The notes under the pieces were generated by a model. That model made no database searches and was not told the DNA's origin. It worked only from the letters and a program-made list of their open reading frames with translations. The position numbers were made by a program, and so were the translations under genes. From a virus (lineage: Duplodnaviria > Caudoviricetes), in the IMG/VR virus record IMGVR_UViG_3300021255_000152, positions 1 through 64,000 of that record: a DNA stretch of 64,000 nucleotides; one strand, given 5' to 3'. This document shows, piece by piece, positions 10,980 through 24,200 of the stretch (position 1 is the stretch's first letter; each line of letters starts with the position of its first letter).

Positions 10980-10994
10980 TTAAATACTTTAAAG

Positions 10995-11034
10995 AATAAG
11001 GGGAGTAGGGGTAAATCCCCTCTCCCCTTATTTT
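10995..11034 (+). terminator. Intrinsic terminator after the capsid genes
   Basis: AATAAGGGGAG-T-AGGGG / CCCCT-CTCCCCTTATT hairpin followed by T residues. Confidence 0.8.
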
Positions 11035-11066
11035 CATTAATAAGAGAAAAAGGAGATAATATTAAA

Positions 11067-11636
11067 ATGGCAAAGAATGATAGTGTAATTGTAGCAAATC
11101 GTACTGCGGCAAAAGTTGTTTATAATATTCCAGATAGGGGTATTCGTAGAGAATTGGCGCCAGGACAGTCAATTAGAACTACAAAAGATGAAATTGAAGC
11201 ATTATCTTATGTAAGTGGAGGCTTAGATCTCATTAGAAACCACCTCTTGGTAAAAGATGAAGAGATTCTCAATGATTTAAATATCGACAGAGAACCTGAA
11301 TATTATATGAATGCTAATGATGTTCTTAATCTTTTAAAGAATGGAACTCTTGATGAATTCCTTGATGCATTAGATTTTGCTCCAGAAGGTGTCATTACGT
11401 TAATTAAAGATCTTAGTGTTGAGCTTCCTTTGAATGACTATGCAAAACGTCAGGCTCTTAAGGAAAAGACTGGCTTTAATGTAGATGCGGCTATTGCTAA
11501 TTATCAAGCAAATAATGCTCCAGAAACAGATGAACCAGCAGCTCCTGTACAGCCTAAGAGAGTTCGTAGAACACAGCCTAAGACTAAAAAGGCGGATGCT
11601 ACACCTGTAAAAGTAATTAAAAAGACTGCTGAATAA
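11067..11636 (+). CDS. Hypothetical head-module protein
   Basis: 189-aa ORF with AGGAG RBS and a Lys/Pro-rich tail. Confidence 0.75.
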   Translation: MAKNDSVIVANRTAAKVVYNIPDRGIRRELAPGQSIRTTKDEIEALSYVSGGLDLIRNHLLVKDEEILNDLNIDREPEYYMNANDVLNLLKNGTLDEFLDALDFAPEGVITLIKDLSVELPLNDYAKRQALKEKTGFNVDAAIANYQANNAPETDEPAAPVQPKRVRRTQPKTKKADATPVKVIKKTAE

Positions 11637-11656
11637 TATTGAAGGAGGAGATATCC

Positions 11657-12247
11657 ATGGGAACTCAGTTCACAGAAGTATATAATCGCTTCCTCAGCAT
11701 GATTACGGATGATATGTACATGGAATTAACTCCAGAAGACACAGCAAGGGATCTTAGATCCCTTTTAATTAACGCTATTCCTGGATTTGAATTTCCTCGT
11801 AAAAATCTAATGGATTATTCAATAGAAACTCTTGTTATCAGAGAAGATACTGTTCAAGAAACAGATTTTATTATTGGTGTTGTTTGGGATACTCCAGATG
11901 GACCAGAAGATGAAAACATTCCTGATGTTTATATTGAGCGTTCTCATTTTACAGATGATTTAACTCCAGAAGAACAAAATATTCTTGCACTTCTTATGAT
12001 GTGCGGTTGAGTTCAAAGACAAGTTACTTCTATTGAAAATACCCGTATGAAATATAGCGGTTCAGATTTTAAAATGACCTCACAAGCCAATCATTTAGCC
12101 AAATTACTAAGTCTATTGTCTGAATGTCAAAGACAATCTTTTCACATGCAACGTTTATATAAACGCAGACGTTTAGATGATGTCGGTAAGTTTGAATCTA
12201 ATTGAGATGTTTTTAGAAATGGCGTTTATGGCGACTACAAAGTATAA
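11657..12247 (+). CDS. Putative head-tail adaptor, 196 aa; 2 TGA=Trp
   Basis: AGGAGG RBS; read-through at 12008 gives ...LLMMCGWVQRQ...DFKMTSQANHL...; synteny. Confidence 0.65.
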
Positions 12248-12530
12248 TTTTGATATACCTGATGAAAGTTGTCAATCTGACGTAAATCGACTAACAAATC
12301 AATTATGAAAGCTTATCCCAATGCGTGAAAATGAAGAGAATTGATTGGAGCAGTTAAATACCGTAATTATAGAGATTGCGGGACTTGGAGAAATTTTTAA
12401 TAAAAGTGATAAATTCTTAATTCTTTTAAGCAAGTTAGAAGGATTGAGAGTCACCGAAGTTGCTTTCTCTACATATAGAAAAACTGTGTTTGAATCAATT
12501 TCCTTATTAAGAGAGGTTATGTATGGCTAG
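12219..12530 (+). CDS. Hypothetical protein (~100 aa; start at 12219 or 12228); 2 TGA=Trp
   Basis: ...RLTNQLWKLIPMRENEENWLEQL... extends the 12345 track ORF upstream. Confidence 0.65.
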
Positions 12531-13509
12531 TTCTCAATATCATGGAATTAGTATGATGGCGAAAAGGCTCGATTGGCGAGGAGGTTTTCCTCAACAAGAT
12601 AGAATGATCAAAGATAAAAGATGAACTTTGGATCATGCAGTAAAATATTCTTATCAAGCAGCAAAGATAAGACATACAGATTCTGAAAATTTAACCGAAG
12701 CGCCTTCTTTAATAAATCCAGATAAAACAAAACAAAATTATGATGATAAGATTGTTTCTGTTGGATATGAATATGGATTTCAACCAGGAGACGTTTTTGA
12801 TTGGCTGAATACGGGTACAAAGTGAATTATTTATCTTCAAGATTTAACAGAATTGGCTTATTTTAGAGGAGAAATAAGACGATGCAATTATCAGGTTTCT
12901 TGAAAGGGTGAAGATGGTACAATATATACACAACATCTTGCGGTTCGAGGACCTGTTGAAACAAAAATTAATTTTATTCAAAAGAATGGTATTAGTGTAG
13001 ATGAACCTAACCATTCTTTAGATATTTTAATGACAAAAACCCCAGAAGCATTACAATATTTTCAACGTTATGCAAAATTTTATTTAAAAGGCATTGAACG
13101 TGCTGATAAGAAAATTTGCTGAAGAGTTGAAGCCGTTGATACTATTAGTATGCCTGGCATTATTCAAGTTGTTGCTGTAGAATACTATGCTAATGAAACT
13201 AAGGATGATATTGTTGATGGAGTAGCTAATGGTTTAGTATTAGATCCAGTAGATCCAAATGAAGAAGATGGAATTAATGATATCATTGAAGGTCCTACTT
13301 TTATTAAACCTAGAGTTGAGTATAGTTATTTCTATAGAAAGAGACAGGAATCTGCGCGTTGGTCTCTTGTAACGAAAAACAGTCCTGCGGAGGTTGTTAA
13401 GATTGATGGTCATAGAATGACCGTTAGATGGAACAGTTCTTATCATGGACAGTTTGAAATTGCTTGTAATGGTTACAAGAAAACTATCGTGGTAGAATCT
13501 TTATTTTAA
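12523..13509 (+). CDS. Putative head-closure/neck protein, 328 aa; 4 TGA=Trp
   Basis: GAGG RBS; joins the 12628 and 13150 fragments in frame; GDVFDW...KWIIY; synteny. Confidence 0.65.
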
Positions 13510-13526
13510 GGGAGAAAATGGAGTGT

Positions 13527-14111
13527 ATGATAATTAATAATTATGAGATACCGCATTCTTCTTTTATGGCTGTAGATAAAGATTTACAGCTTATAACAGA
13601 ATGAATGATGAAAAATAAAAACTTATGTAAAATGCTTTATTATACAGATAGAGATGCATTAGATAGACCAGCTCTTTCTAGTGCGCAAAAAGCTGATTTA
13701 TTTGGTAAGCAAATAAAGATAGTGCCTAAACTATATGTAGATGGGAGTGTTTTGGCATATGTAATTATTTCAATGGATAATTTCACAAGAAGTGCGAATC
13801 CGGAATTTCGTGATAATATAATATCTTTTGATATTGTCTGTCATTTTGATCAATGGCAGTTGAAAGACTTCCAGTTGCGTCCATACCGAATTGCCGCAGA
13901 GATTGATTCAATGTTTGATAATAAGCGACTAACGGGTATAGGTGAATTACATTTTGTGGGAGCGAATCAAATTATTTTAAGCGATGAATTTGCAGGACTC
14001 ACTCTTATGTATGAAGCTATTCATGGCGGAGAGGATAAAAAGAAGACGCCTAATCCTATTGATCAAAATCAATTTGAAAAAGATTTCGATGAATTATTTA
14101 ATGATAGATAA
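13527..14111 (+). CDS. Putative tail completion/terminator protein; 1 TGA=Trp
   Basis: Upstream extension of the 13605 ORF (alternative start at 13518); position in the neck module. Confidence 0.6.
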
Positions 14112-14114
14112 TTT

Positions 14115-14837
14115 ATGAAAGATATTGACCTTGCATTATTTACTGGGGTTGATATTCCTATACCAGAATGTCAATTAATCATTCATCAACCTACGATTAA
14201 AGAGATTTCAATGGTTGGCGAACGAGAATTTTTGGCTGGTATAAGAGTATTAGCCATCAGTAAAGAAGACTTGGATAAGGGCGGAAATAATTTATCAAAT
14301 ACTCCTAATTTTCAAATATTTATGACAATAATGGAGGCCGAAGAAGCAAAAGATACCAAGGAGGCTGTTAGAGAAGCTTTATCTTTAATAATTCCTAACT
14401 GTAAGGTAAATTTTACTCCTCGGTCATTATTGTTAAATTATAATGGAACAAATACCATTATAGATGAAGGAAATTTTGAATATTTCCAAGATGTTTTACG
14501 GCAAGTATTTTGTTTGAAGAAAAAAGAGGATGATTATAATCCAGTAAATGCTCAAGCTGCAAAAATTGCAGAAAAAATTAAAAAAGGCAAAGCAAGAGTA
14601 GCTCATTTAAAAGGAGAAGATGTTGGTAGTATTTATGCTAGATACATCTCAGCTTTGGCTATTGGATTACAAATACCTTTACAAGATTTATTAAATTGTA
14701 CTATATATCAAATTCAAGATCTTTTGGAAAGATTTTCTCTTTGAACAAATTGAGACATTGATATTAAGTCTAGACTTGCTGGGGCTGAGGCCAAAGGCAA
14801 GCCTGAAGACTGAATGAGAAATATCCATAAAGATTAA
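14115..14837 (+). CDS. Hypothetical tail-module protein (chaperone-like), 240 aa; 3 TGA=Trp near the C-terminus
   Basis: ...FSLWTNWDIDIKSRLAGAE...PEDWMRNIHKD-TAA closes the gap to the major tail gene RBS. Confidence 0.7.
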
Positions 14838-14858
14838 TTTAGAAGGAGGAAAAAGCCC

Positions 14859-15923
14859 ATGAAATATGGTGTTCGTGACGTCGTTGACGTTGTACTAAGA
14901 GCTAAGGGAACAATGGATCTTGGAAACAAACGTTTCTACAAGAATGAACCTGTATTATATTTCGATACGCTTACTACTTCCACATTAGAGGGTGCTTCCA
15001 CAACTGTATATGCGCAGGGTGGTAAAGGTAACGCTCGTTTAATGGCTTGGGAAGGTGAACGTACTGTTACTTTCACAATGGAAGATGCTTTGATCTCACC
15101 AGAAAGCCTTTCTATTCTTACTGGTGCAGGTTTAATTGAAGCTTCTGAAGCTGCTCCTATTTATCAGCACATTGTTGAAACTACAGATGATTATACTCTT
15201 GGCGATGGCAGTTTAACAGTTAATGTTGAAAAACTACCTTTCTTACCAAAGCCACCAGTTGCTGATAGCGATCCAGCAATTCCAGTAGAGGAAGAGAACT
15301 ATGCTTGCGTAATGTTTACTAAGGATGGCGAAATCGTTTCTGAACCTTATATCGTTAGCCAGCAAGAAGCAAATGGAATTAAGCAGACAACAGATGGCAA
15401 GTATATTATTGTTGTTAATGAACATACTTGCAACTTCGGTAAGAGATGCCATGACTCTGGTGAGGTATATACACCAGCAGACCTTGCTCTTGATGAAAGC
15501 AAAGCAAATGGTGTATTAGTAGATTACTACACACCTGTTAAGAAGGGTGCTAAGCAGATTGAAATCGATGCTGAAAAGTTCGCTGGTTCTTACTACCTTG
15601 AAGGTTCTACTCTTTGGAGAGATACTAATGGTGTAGATCACCCAGCAGAATTCATTATCCCTAACTGCAAGATTCAGTCCGCATTTACATTTACAATGGC
15701 TGCAACAGGCGATCCATCTACATTTACATTCACAATGGATGCATTCCCTGATTACACTCGTTTTGACAGAACACACAAAGTATTCGCTGTTATTCAGCTT
15801 ATGGAATCCCAGACAGCTGCTTCTGATGCCGAAAATGATCTCCATCGTGGTAGAACATGGCATGCAGACGGTGTTGCATCTCGTGTATATGAAGATGAGG
15901 GAATTGATAACCACGATAACTAA
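14859..15923 (+). CDS. Major tail (tube) protein
   Basis: 354 aa; GGKGN...TFTMEDAL and IPNCKIQSAFTFTMAATGDPSTFTF segments; strong RBS and codon bias; no TGA. Confidence 0.8.
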   Translation: MKYGVRDVVDVVLRAKGTMDLGNKRFYKNEPVLYFDTLTTSTLEGASTTVYAQGGKGNARLMAWEGERTVTFTMEDALISPESLSILTGAGLIEASEAAPIYQHIVETTDDYTLGDGSLTVNVEKLPFLPKPPVADSDPAIPVEEENYACVMFTKDGEIVSEPYIVSQQEANGIKQTTDGKYIIVVNEHTCNFGKRCHDSGEVYTPADLALDESKANGVLVDYYTPVKKGAKQIEIDAEKFAGSYYLEGSTLWRDTNGVDHPAEFIIPNCKIQSAFTFTMAATGDPSTFTFTMDAFPDYTRFDRTHKVFAVIQLMESQTAASDAENDLHRGRTWHADGVASRVYEDEGIDNHDN

Positions 15924-15940
15924 TAGCGGAGGTATAAACT

Positions 15941-16141
15941 ATGTTTTCTCGCTCTAAGAAAAAGAGCAGTTCTGTTAAGACAGTAAAAAAGCAGGCTGCT
16001 GTTTCAATCATTAAACCTGGGCAGGGAACTAAGGTAGAAGAGCCACCACTAGATTTATCTATGGCTAAAATTTCTATTATTAAACCTGAAGGTGGTTTAA
16101 TGGTTCAAGTTGATGAAACTGAAGGAGAGGAAGACGAATAG
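15941..16141 (+). CDS. Small hypothetical protein (66 aa)
   Basis: GGAGG RBS; basic N-terminus, duplicated SIIKP, acidic C-terminus. Confidence 0.6.
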   Translation: MFSRSKKKSSSVKTVKKQAAVSIIKPGQGTKVEEPPLDLSMAKISIIKPEGGLMVQVDETEGEEDE

Positions 16142-16156
16142 TCTTCCTCTTTTTTT
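16126..16156 (+). terminator. Intrinsic terminator
   Basis: AGAGGAAGAC-GAATA-GTCTTCCTCT plus T tract. Confidence 0.8.
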
Positions 16157-16177
16157 GTTTATTGAGGTGATAAAAGT

Positions 16178-17536
16178 ATGACAACTTTATTTCAATATGT
16201 GGTTGATAGCAAACTTTCTAAACACAGAGCATCTTTTTGAAATGATGTTGATGGAGACAGATACGGTGCTTTAAATAGTGCTTGGCCCCCTAAGCCAGAA
16301 GCAAAAGCTATTCATGACTATCAAATGCAGAAAATTTTTGAATTTAATAAAATAGCTATAGATAAGTCTCAGGCTGCTTATGGCCGTTTTTATGAATTAG
16401 CTGATTTATTATTAGCTAATAGAACAGCAGATCTTCCACAATTATATGAAGATGAACAAAATAAGAAAATTTCAGAAAGTATTGAAAATGTTTTAGATAC
16501 TATTGGCGAAATGCGCTCTATAAAACGACAATCTTGAGAAATTATGGATGCAAGAACTAGACATGACTTAATGTTGTCTCAATTAGTGTCTTTATCTTCT
16601 CAATTAGACACTTTAAGAGATACTTTAAAAATTAAATCTGTCGCCTATGAAGAAAATGTAGAGGCTATAGATAGGATTATTAAAAGCTTAAGTTCTACAA
16701 AAACTTTACAGACAAAGGCATTTGGTGAGTTTTGAAAAAATATTAACCAAATTCAAGGAGATTTGTTAGAAGAATTGGGTACAGGATGATTTAATGAAAG
16801 AATTCCTGCAGATTTAAATGTAAGAATGATTACAACCGGAAATGTTTCATTAAACACTTCTAGAAGCAATCGTCATGGAGGACAGATTATTCAAGATATG
16901 TTAGCTATAGATATTTCTGGGAATAATTTAGAAGATATAAAAATATCTTATAGCTTAAAAGGACAGAAACAACCTGAAATCAGTCTAGGAGAATTCATTA
17001 GAATGCTAGATAATCATAAATCAGATCAAGGTAAAATTGTTATTGACGATGAAGGATATGATACTTTATTAAAATTATCTAAATTAAATGTACAAGCAAA
17101 ATCTGGAAAAAATCAGTTACCTTGAAATGTAAATGAAAGTACAAGTGTAAGAATTAGTGAATATTCCGCAGAGCCTGCGGGCGGTTATTTATCAGCACTT
17201 GAAACATTTCAATTACTTTATCAATTAGACAATGAAAGTCCTACAGATAAATGGGTAAAAAATTCAGATCCTGATAAATATTATCAAGCTTTAGCAAATT
17301 ATGGATTAGCGACTGTTTTATATAAAGTAATGCATATTGATAATTATGAAGGAAACCAATTAATGATAACTAGACGAGGTTTTGTAACTTTCTCTCAAAG
17401 AATTAATGAAATATTTAGAAAACATCCTAACGGATATATTTCATTGAACGGACAAGTTTTTTCTAATGGTAGATTAAATTCATTAACAACACCTTATCGA
17501 GTAAGTATTCCTACATGAATTTTGCTTGCTTCATAA
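16178..17536 (+). CDS. Uncharacterised 452-aa protein, possible PD-(D/E)XK-like fold; 6 TGA=Trp
   Basis: GAGGTG RBS; four track fragments join in one frame to TAA at 17534-17536. Confidence 0.75.
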
Positions 17537-17554
17537 AAGGTTTTTTGCTATAAT
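17526..17554 (+). promoter_or_regulatory. Internal sigma-A-type promoter
   Basis: TTGCTT-17 nt-TATAAT with an extended -10 TG, upstream of the 17581 gene. Confidence 0.7.
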
Positions 17555-17580
17555 ATAGGAGAAAAAGGAGGTTTGGTTAT

Positions 17581-18105
17581 ATGGCGAAACCAACATTTAG
17601 CAAATTAAAGCTTATCGCAAATGTAGATAAAAAAGAAATTACCTGGGAAGACCAAGTAATTGAGGTTAAACAATATTTATCTATTGAAGATAAGTTAAAA
17701 CTTATTACAGAAGTATTAAATGCGTCAGCAGATGAAAATAGGTTTTATAATAAAGGTAAAATTGATATGTATTTTAAGATATACATAACTTATTTTTACA
17801 CAAATATTAGTTTTACTGATAAGCAAAAAGAAGAAATTATTAAAACCTATGATGCGCTCTATTCTTCTGGACTTTGGGATTGTATAAAGAAAGCGATTCC
17901 AGAAGAAGAATTAAATTATGTATATGACTTGGTAATTGATGCAGTAGAACAAATTTATAATTATCAAAATTCTATTTATGGAATTTTAGATGCAATTTCT
18001 ACTGATTATGAGGGATTGAATTTAGATATTCAAGAGTTATCTAAAAAACTAGGCGATAAAGAAGGAGTAAAATTCCTTGATCAAGTATTAACCAAGATGG
18101 GTTAA
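17581..18105 (+). CDS. Putative tail assembly chaperone
   Basis: 174 aa, AGGAGG RBS, immediately before the tape measure gene; no TGA. Confidence 0.6.
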   Translation: MAKPTFSKLKLIANVDKKEITWEDQVIEVKQYLSIEDKLKLITEVLNASADENRFYNKGKIDMYFKIYITYFYTNISFTDKQKEEIIKTYDALYSSGLWDCIKKAIPEEELNYVYDLVIDAVEQIYNYQNSIYGILDAISTDYEGLNLDIQELSKKLGDKEGVKFLDQVLTKMG

Positions 18106-18145
18106 TTTAGGTTAATTTGATTTAACATATTAAGAAGAATGTATG

Positions 18146-18180
18146 TACCCGTGAGGATTTTTCTTCACGGGTATTTTTTT
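18146..18180 (+). terminator. Intrinsic terminator directly before the tape measure gene
   Basis: TACCCGTGAGGA/TCTTCACGGGTA hairpin plus T7. Confidence 0.8.
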
Positions 18181-18205
18181 ATATAGGAGAGAAAGGAGCT
18201 AAAAT

Positions 18206-21200
18206 ATGCCAAAACAGTTAAATGTAAATATGGCCTTTACTGCGGATACTTCGCAAGCTAAAAGACAGTTACAGGATTTACAAAAGCAATTAACAGAACT
18301 TGGAACAAAAAATTTAGCTACTACTAAATTTATAAATCCTAAAGATATCCAAGAAGCTTCTCACGCAATAGCTCAATTAAAAACGCAATTAACTGAAGCT
18401 ACAAACACAAATACTGGTACTTTAGATTTATTTAAATTTAAAGAGCAATTAGACCAAGGTGGAATATCTCTTGCTCAATATAGAGAGCAGTTTGCTAAAT
18501 TAGGTCCTGCTGGACAGAAAGCCTTTAATGATTTAACCGATTCTATTTTAGCGGCAGAAGTTCCTTTAAAAAGAAGTCATGCGCTTTTAGATCAGTTTTG
18601 AACTGCTTTAAAAAATACTGCAAGATGGCAAATTTCTAGTAGTGCATTGCATGGTTTTATGAGTACATTGCAAGGTGCTTATGGCTATGCACAAGATTTA
18701 AATAAATCTTTAAACAGTATTAGAATAGTTACTGGTCAATCTACTGATCAAATGGCTGAACTTGCTACACAAGCAAATAAAACTGCACAAGCATTAAGCA
18801 CTAGTACTCTTGCTTATACAGATGCAGCGCTTATTTACTATCAGCAAGGTTTGTCTGATGATGAGGTTGCGGAAAGAACAGAAACAACTTTAAAAATGTC
18901 TAATGTAACTGGAGAATCTGCAGATGAAGTATCTAGTTATATGACTGCTATCTGAAACAACTTCAGAAAGGGTGGAGAATCTCTTGAATCTTTTGCAGAT
19001 AAAATCACTGCATTAGGTGCAGCAACTGCTTCAAGTTCTCGTGAAATTGCGGGTGGCTTACAACAATTTGCCGCAATTGCTGATACCGTTGGTTTAAGTT
19101 ATGACTATGCTGCGAGTGCTCTTGCGACAGTAGTTGCGCAAACTCGTCAATCTGAATCTACTGTTGGTAATGCATTTAGAACTATTTTTTCAAGATTAGA
19201 AGGATTAAAACTTGGAGAAACTCTTGAAGATGGAACAGATTTAAATAAGTATTCTGGTGCATTACAAACTATTGGTGTTAATATTAAAGATCAGAATGGT
19301 GATCTTAAACAGATGGATACCATTCTTGAAGAAATTGGTGCTAGATGACAAACTTTAAGTAGAGATCAACAGGTTGCTTTAGCTCAAACTGTTGGCGGTG
19401 TTCGTCAATATAGTAATTTAATTGCATTATTTGATAACTGGGATACTTTTCAAAGAAATCTTGCAGTATCAATGAATGCTAGTGGAACTTTAGATGAACA
19501 AGCTGAGATATATGCTGAATCTTGAGAGGCAGCTAAAAAACGTGTTAAAGCAGCAGCTCAAGAAATTTATCAAAATTTAATTGATGAGGATTTTTTTATT
19601 GGTGTATCAAATCTTACTGAAGATTTATTGCATCAAATTAATGGTATAATTGAAGCTTTCGGCGGATTAAAAGGGGTTTTATCTACTGTTGTTGCATTGG
19701 TTCTACAGTTAAAAGGTGCAGATATCGGAAGGGGTCTTTCAACCGCTTTATATAATCTTACTCCTGCATCTATTAAGCAAGAAGCTTCTATGAATATTAA
19801 AAAAGAAGCTATTGGCACAGAAAAAATTGATGCGGTAGATCAAACAGAATTTGCAAAAACACAAGCTAATAATTTAAATAATTATCGAAAATTACAAGAA
19901 GATATTCTTGCAAAATCTGAGCAATTAACTCAAGCAGATCGCAATCGTTTAACGATTTTATTAGATCAAAATAAAGCATTACAAAAAAATACTGAAGAAC
20001 TTGCTAAACAATTAGATGAAGCTAAACAACAAACAGATGATGCAATGACAAAAATGTATCGTTCTGTTAGTAAAGAACAAAGAGATAGTCTCAAAGAGGC
20101 ACTTCTTCTCGGTGCCAATGGAGAAGATTCTTTTGAAAAGCAGCTTACAGATGCATATACAAATAAAATGAACGCTTCTAATGCGAATGATTCAGCTGCT
20201 GCAGCAATGGAAATTGTTGGAATTGAAGATCAACTCAAGGAAAAATTTACTGGAAGCAAAGAGGCTGTCGAAGCATATTCTGAAGCAATTGGCAGACAAG
20301 TACTTCAGCAACAAAAATATTCGGATGCTGCTAAAATATTAGAAAGTCATACCGAAGGAATTACCGCTAAAATGGGAGCTGCCTCTGAAATTATGGCACC
20401 CGTTGGTAGCGCAATAGTTGATGTTGCAATGAGTTTTGCTTCATTGGTATCTGCAATCAATGCTTTTAAAGGAATTTGAGAAACTATTCAAAATCCAGAT
20501 TTAAGTCTTTGGCAAAAATTAGTATCTATTATTCCCGCCTTGGCGATGGCTCTTACTACATTAACTAGAGTTCAGCTTAAATCAAATCTAGCTTCTTTAA
20601 AAGATGGAATTATTAGAGCCGGAACAATTGTTGCAAAAATAAAAGATACTGGTGTTACTGTTGCTAATACTGCTGCAACAGAAGCTAATACCACTGCAAA
20701 GGGCAAAAATACTGGAGCGACAGCTGGAGCAACTGCTGGATCTATTGCTCATGCAGGAGCGCAAACTGCTGAAACGGGAACAACTATTGGTTTAACGGCA
20801 GCTTTAAGTGCGCTATGGTCTGTTTTATGGCCTATTGCTTTAGCTTTAGGTGGATTAGCTGCATTAATATGAGCAATTGATGAAGGCGTATATACTGCTA
20901 ATGAACGTATTGCTGATGCTAATAAAGAATTAGAAAAATCAGAAGAAAACTTAAATAGAGTTTCTGATGCTGTTAGTAAAGCAAAGCAAAATTATGATGA
21001 TTTATCTAGTGTTTTTGATAAATTTGAGGCTCAACAAGAAAAAATTGCTAATTTAGATGAACATACTAGAGAATGAAATCAAACTATTAATGAAACTAAT
21101 AGTGAGTTATTAGATACTTTAGAAAGACTTGGTTTATTAGATGAACTAAGTGGAAAGTTAAAAAGAGATGGCAATGGTCTTCTTTATTTATCTCCTGAAG

Positions 21201-24200
21201 ATCAAGAGGCTGCTTTGGAAGCAGCTAATCAGCAACTTGCCTTTATGCAAGCAGTTAAAACCGTATCTTCAATTAGTATGGTTGATGCTAAAAAGAATGC
21301 TGATTTAGCAAGAATTGCTCAGGGCGTTGATATTGAAGAAACTAAAACTACTAGAGATTTAAAACGAACAGCAGGTAATGGTTCTCAAGAAGGAACTTAT
21401 GAAGTTGTTGGTGAAACTACTACTACTAATAAATGAAGCGATGCGCAGGTTTATGATGCAATTACTTCTGCTGCTCAAAAAATTGCCGATAGCGAAGAAT
21501 TTGTTGGAAAATCCTCCGAAGATTTGCAGCGAATTTTAAGCGATGAAGGAGATACTTTAAATTCTCAATTAAGTGGTATTTTAAAAGATATCCCTGATAT
21601 TAAAAATAGAAAAGATATTTTAGATGCTATTGCCAATGCGGCTGATACAATTGTAAATGCTGAAAATAGCGCAGATGCTTTTGAATCAGAATTAGGTCGT
21701 CAAGGATTGGAATCTTTAGGATTAAATGAAGGTATTCCAGAGTATGCAATGAATGAAGTCTATCAAATGGTAGGCCAAAAACTTGCAGAAGCTATTAATC
21801 CTGAAGCTGTTCGAGCAGAAGCTAGCCGATTAATGACAGATCCAACGAGTGAAGACTCTAGGGCCGCATTAGATAGTTATGTTTCTAAAATAAATGCAGG
21901 TGGAGAACAAAAAGTCCATGTAGATGCTTTTGGTTCTATTATAGATGATGCCACTAATTCAAAAGTAGATTTTTCTTGAGCAGATGTTGCTCAAGTAAAA
22001 TTAGCTGAAGATGCTATTACAAATGCAGATCGTGATGAATTAGAAGGAATTATTGATACGGCTAAACAGTCAGCAAAAGAAGAAACTGAGAAAGTCGTAG
22101 CAGAAAAATTTAATGAAGTATTTGGAACAAGCTCTTCTGTTTCTTCTATGACAGACGAGGAATTAGATTCTGCGAATAAAGCTTCTAAAGAAGATCTTTC
22201 TGAATATGAAAGTGAATCTGATTATCTCAAATATGGCGCAGATCAACATTCTCATGGATTAAATATTGATGCAGATCAATTAAATCAATTTAAAGGAAAA
22301 ACTGAAGATTTAAATGCAGAAGTTCAAAAACTTTCAGGTTATTTAAGAGATAATGTTGATGATATTGCAGAACTAGATGAAAGTTTAAAATATTGTCAAG
22401 AAGGTCTTGATTCTATCGCTTATTCAATGATTCGTTTTGATGATGCTCTTCAAGATGTTGAAAAAAATTACGATGATTGAAAGTTATTATTAGATTCTGG
22501 AGATTTATACAGTAATGCTAAAGCGGTTAGTGAATTAAGAACTGCATATTCTAATTTGCTTGATATGGATGCCAGCGATTTTAATCAAGAATTCCTTACA
22601 AGCGCAGAAAATTTAGAATTATTTAATAAAGTATTAACTGGAACAGAAGAAGAAGCAACTGCTGCTTATAATGAATTAGCACGTTTAGCAGAAGTTAGTT
22701 ATCTCCAAGTTACATTAGATGTTGATAAAAGTGAAGCAGAAAGTATTGTAAATTGATTCCAAGGAATTGCAGATCAGCTTAGTAGTTATCCAATTCATAT
22801 GGAAATTGATGATGCGGACGCAATTGCGAAACTTGAAAGCTTCGTTAATAATGTAGCATCTTCTGCAGATCAGGCCGCAGCAATTCTTTCTGAAATGGGT
22901 TATGATGCTGAGGTTACTCAAGAACCTGTAACAGAGGAAGAAAGACGTAAAATCGTTGATTTAGTGCCTAAAGAACTTCCTGGTATTTCAGTAGATATTC
23001 CTGTTGCCGCCGATGATCCAAAAAATCCTATAAAGACAAAAACCGTAACTTATCCAGGAGTTGGATATAATGGAATGCCATCTGATGTAGTTGCTAAATC
23101 TCAAAAAACTGCAACTGCTTTAAAGATTAAATCTTTACGTAAGAATGGTAAAGGTGCAAGTGGAGGAAACATTAAAGTTAAAAATTCTCCAGCGCGTTCT
23201 AGTTATCAAGATAAGAGTAACAAAGGCGGAGGCGGTGGAGGAGGCGGTGGTTCTAAGAAAAAAACCGTTAAAGAGCATACCAAACCTGTTAAAAACGAAG
23301 ACCGCTATCACGATATAAAAGAGCGTATTGATGATTTAAATAAATCATTAACTCGTTTAGGAAAAACTGAAGACAGAATATACGGTAAAGCGAAACTCAA
23401 GTATATGGATATGGAAATTGAAAAACTTGAGGATCAAATTAAACTTACCGATGAATATATAAAAGAAATTAAAAAATATGCAGCTATTGACCAAGCTAAT
23501 TTACGTGGCATTGGAATGGGCGCAGAATTTGATGAGAATGGAATGCTTACTAATTATGAGCAAGTTCTTGCAAATATTACTAATTCTTATAATGCCGCTA
23601 TTGGAGCTTATAATGGAGCAGTAGATGCATTTAATGGAAGTGCGCAAGAAGAGAGCGATAATGATGCCCTTGAAGGCGCAAAGAAACAACTTGATGCTGC
23701 AAAAGAAACTTATGATGAAAATCAGAAGATTTTAAAGCAGTATGAAGATACTTTTAATTTACTTCAAGAGCAAGTAGATAAACGTATAGATCAAGTATGA
23801 GCACTATTTGATATGCGTTTAAAGAAAATTACTTTTGAAGTAGAATTTGAAATTAATTGAAACGAAAGAGAACTTAAATATCTTGATTGGCTTTTAGAAA
23901 ATATTGGTGATACTGCTGATAGGGGTGTTGATAAAATCGCAAATCTTGCTCAACAAATGAACGAATATGCCGATACTATTGAGTGAGCTAAGAAGGGTAT
24001 TCAAGGTATCTTTGGATTGCATGGTATTAACTTTGATTTTGATAATGCTGATCCAGTAGCATTAACAGATCAATTAACTGATGCAATGCATCGTTTAAAT
24101 TTTGAATCTCAATTGACTGAAGATGAAGCTAATGCGCTTCTTGATTATTGCGACACTCTCATGGAGGCTATTGATGGTATTCGTGATAAATGGAAGGCAG

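Noticed and set aside
18099-18145. Further copy of the candidate late promoter before the tape measure gene
   Set aside because: GGGTTA lacks C4 and the TYA is not at positions 34-36.
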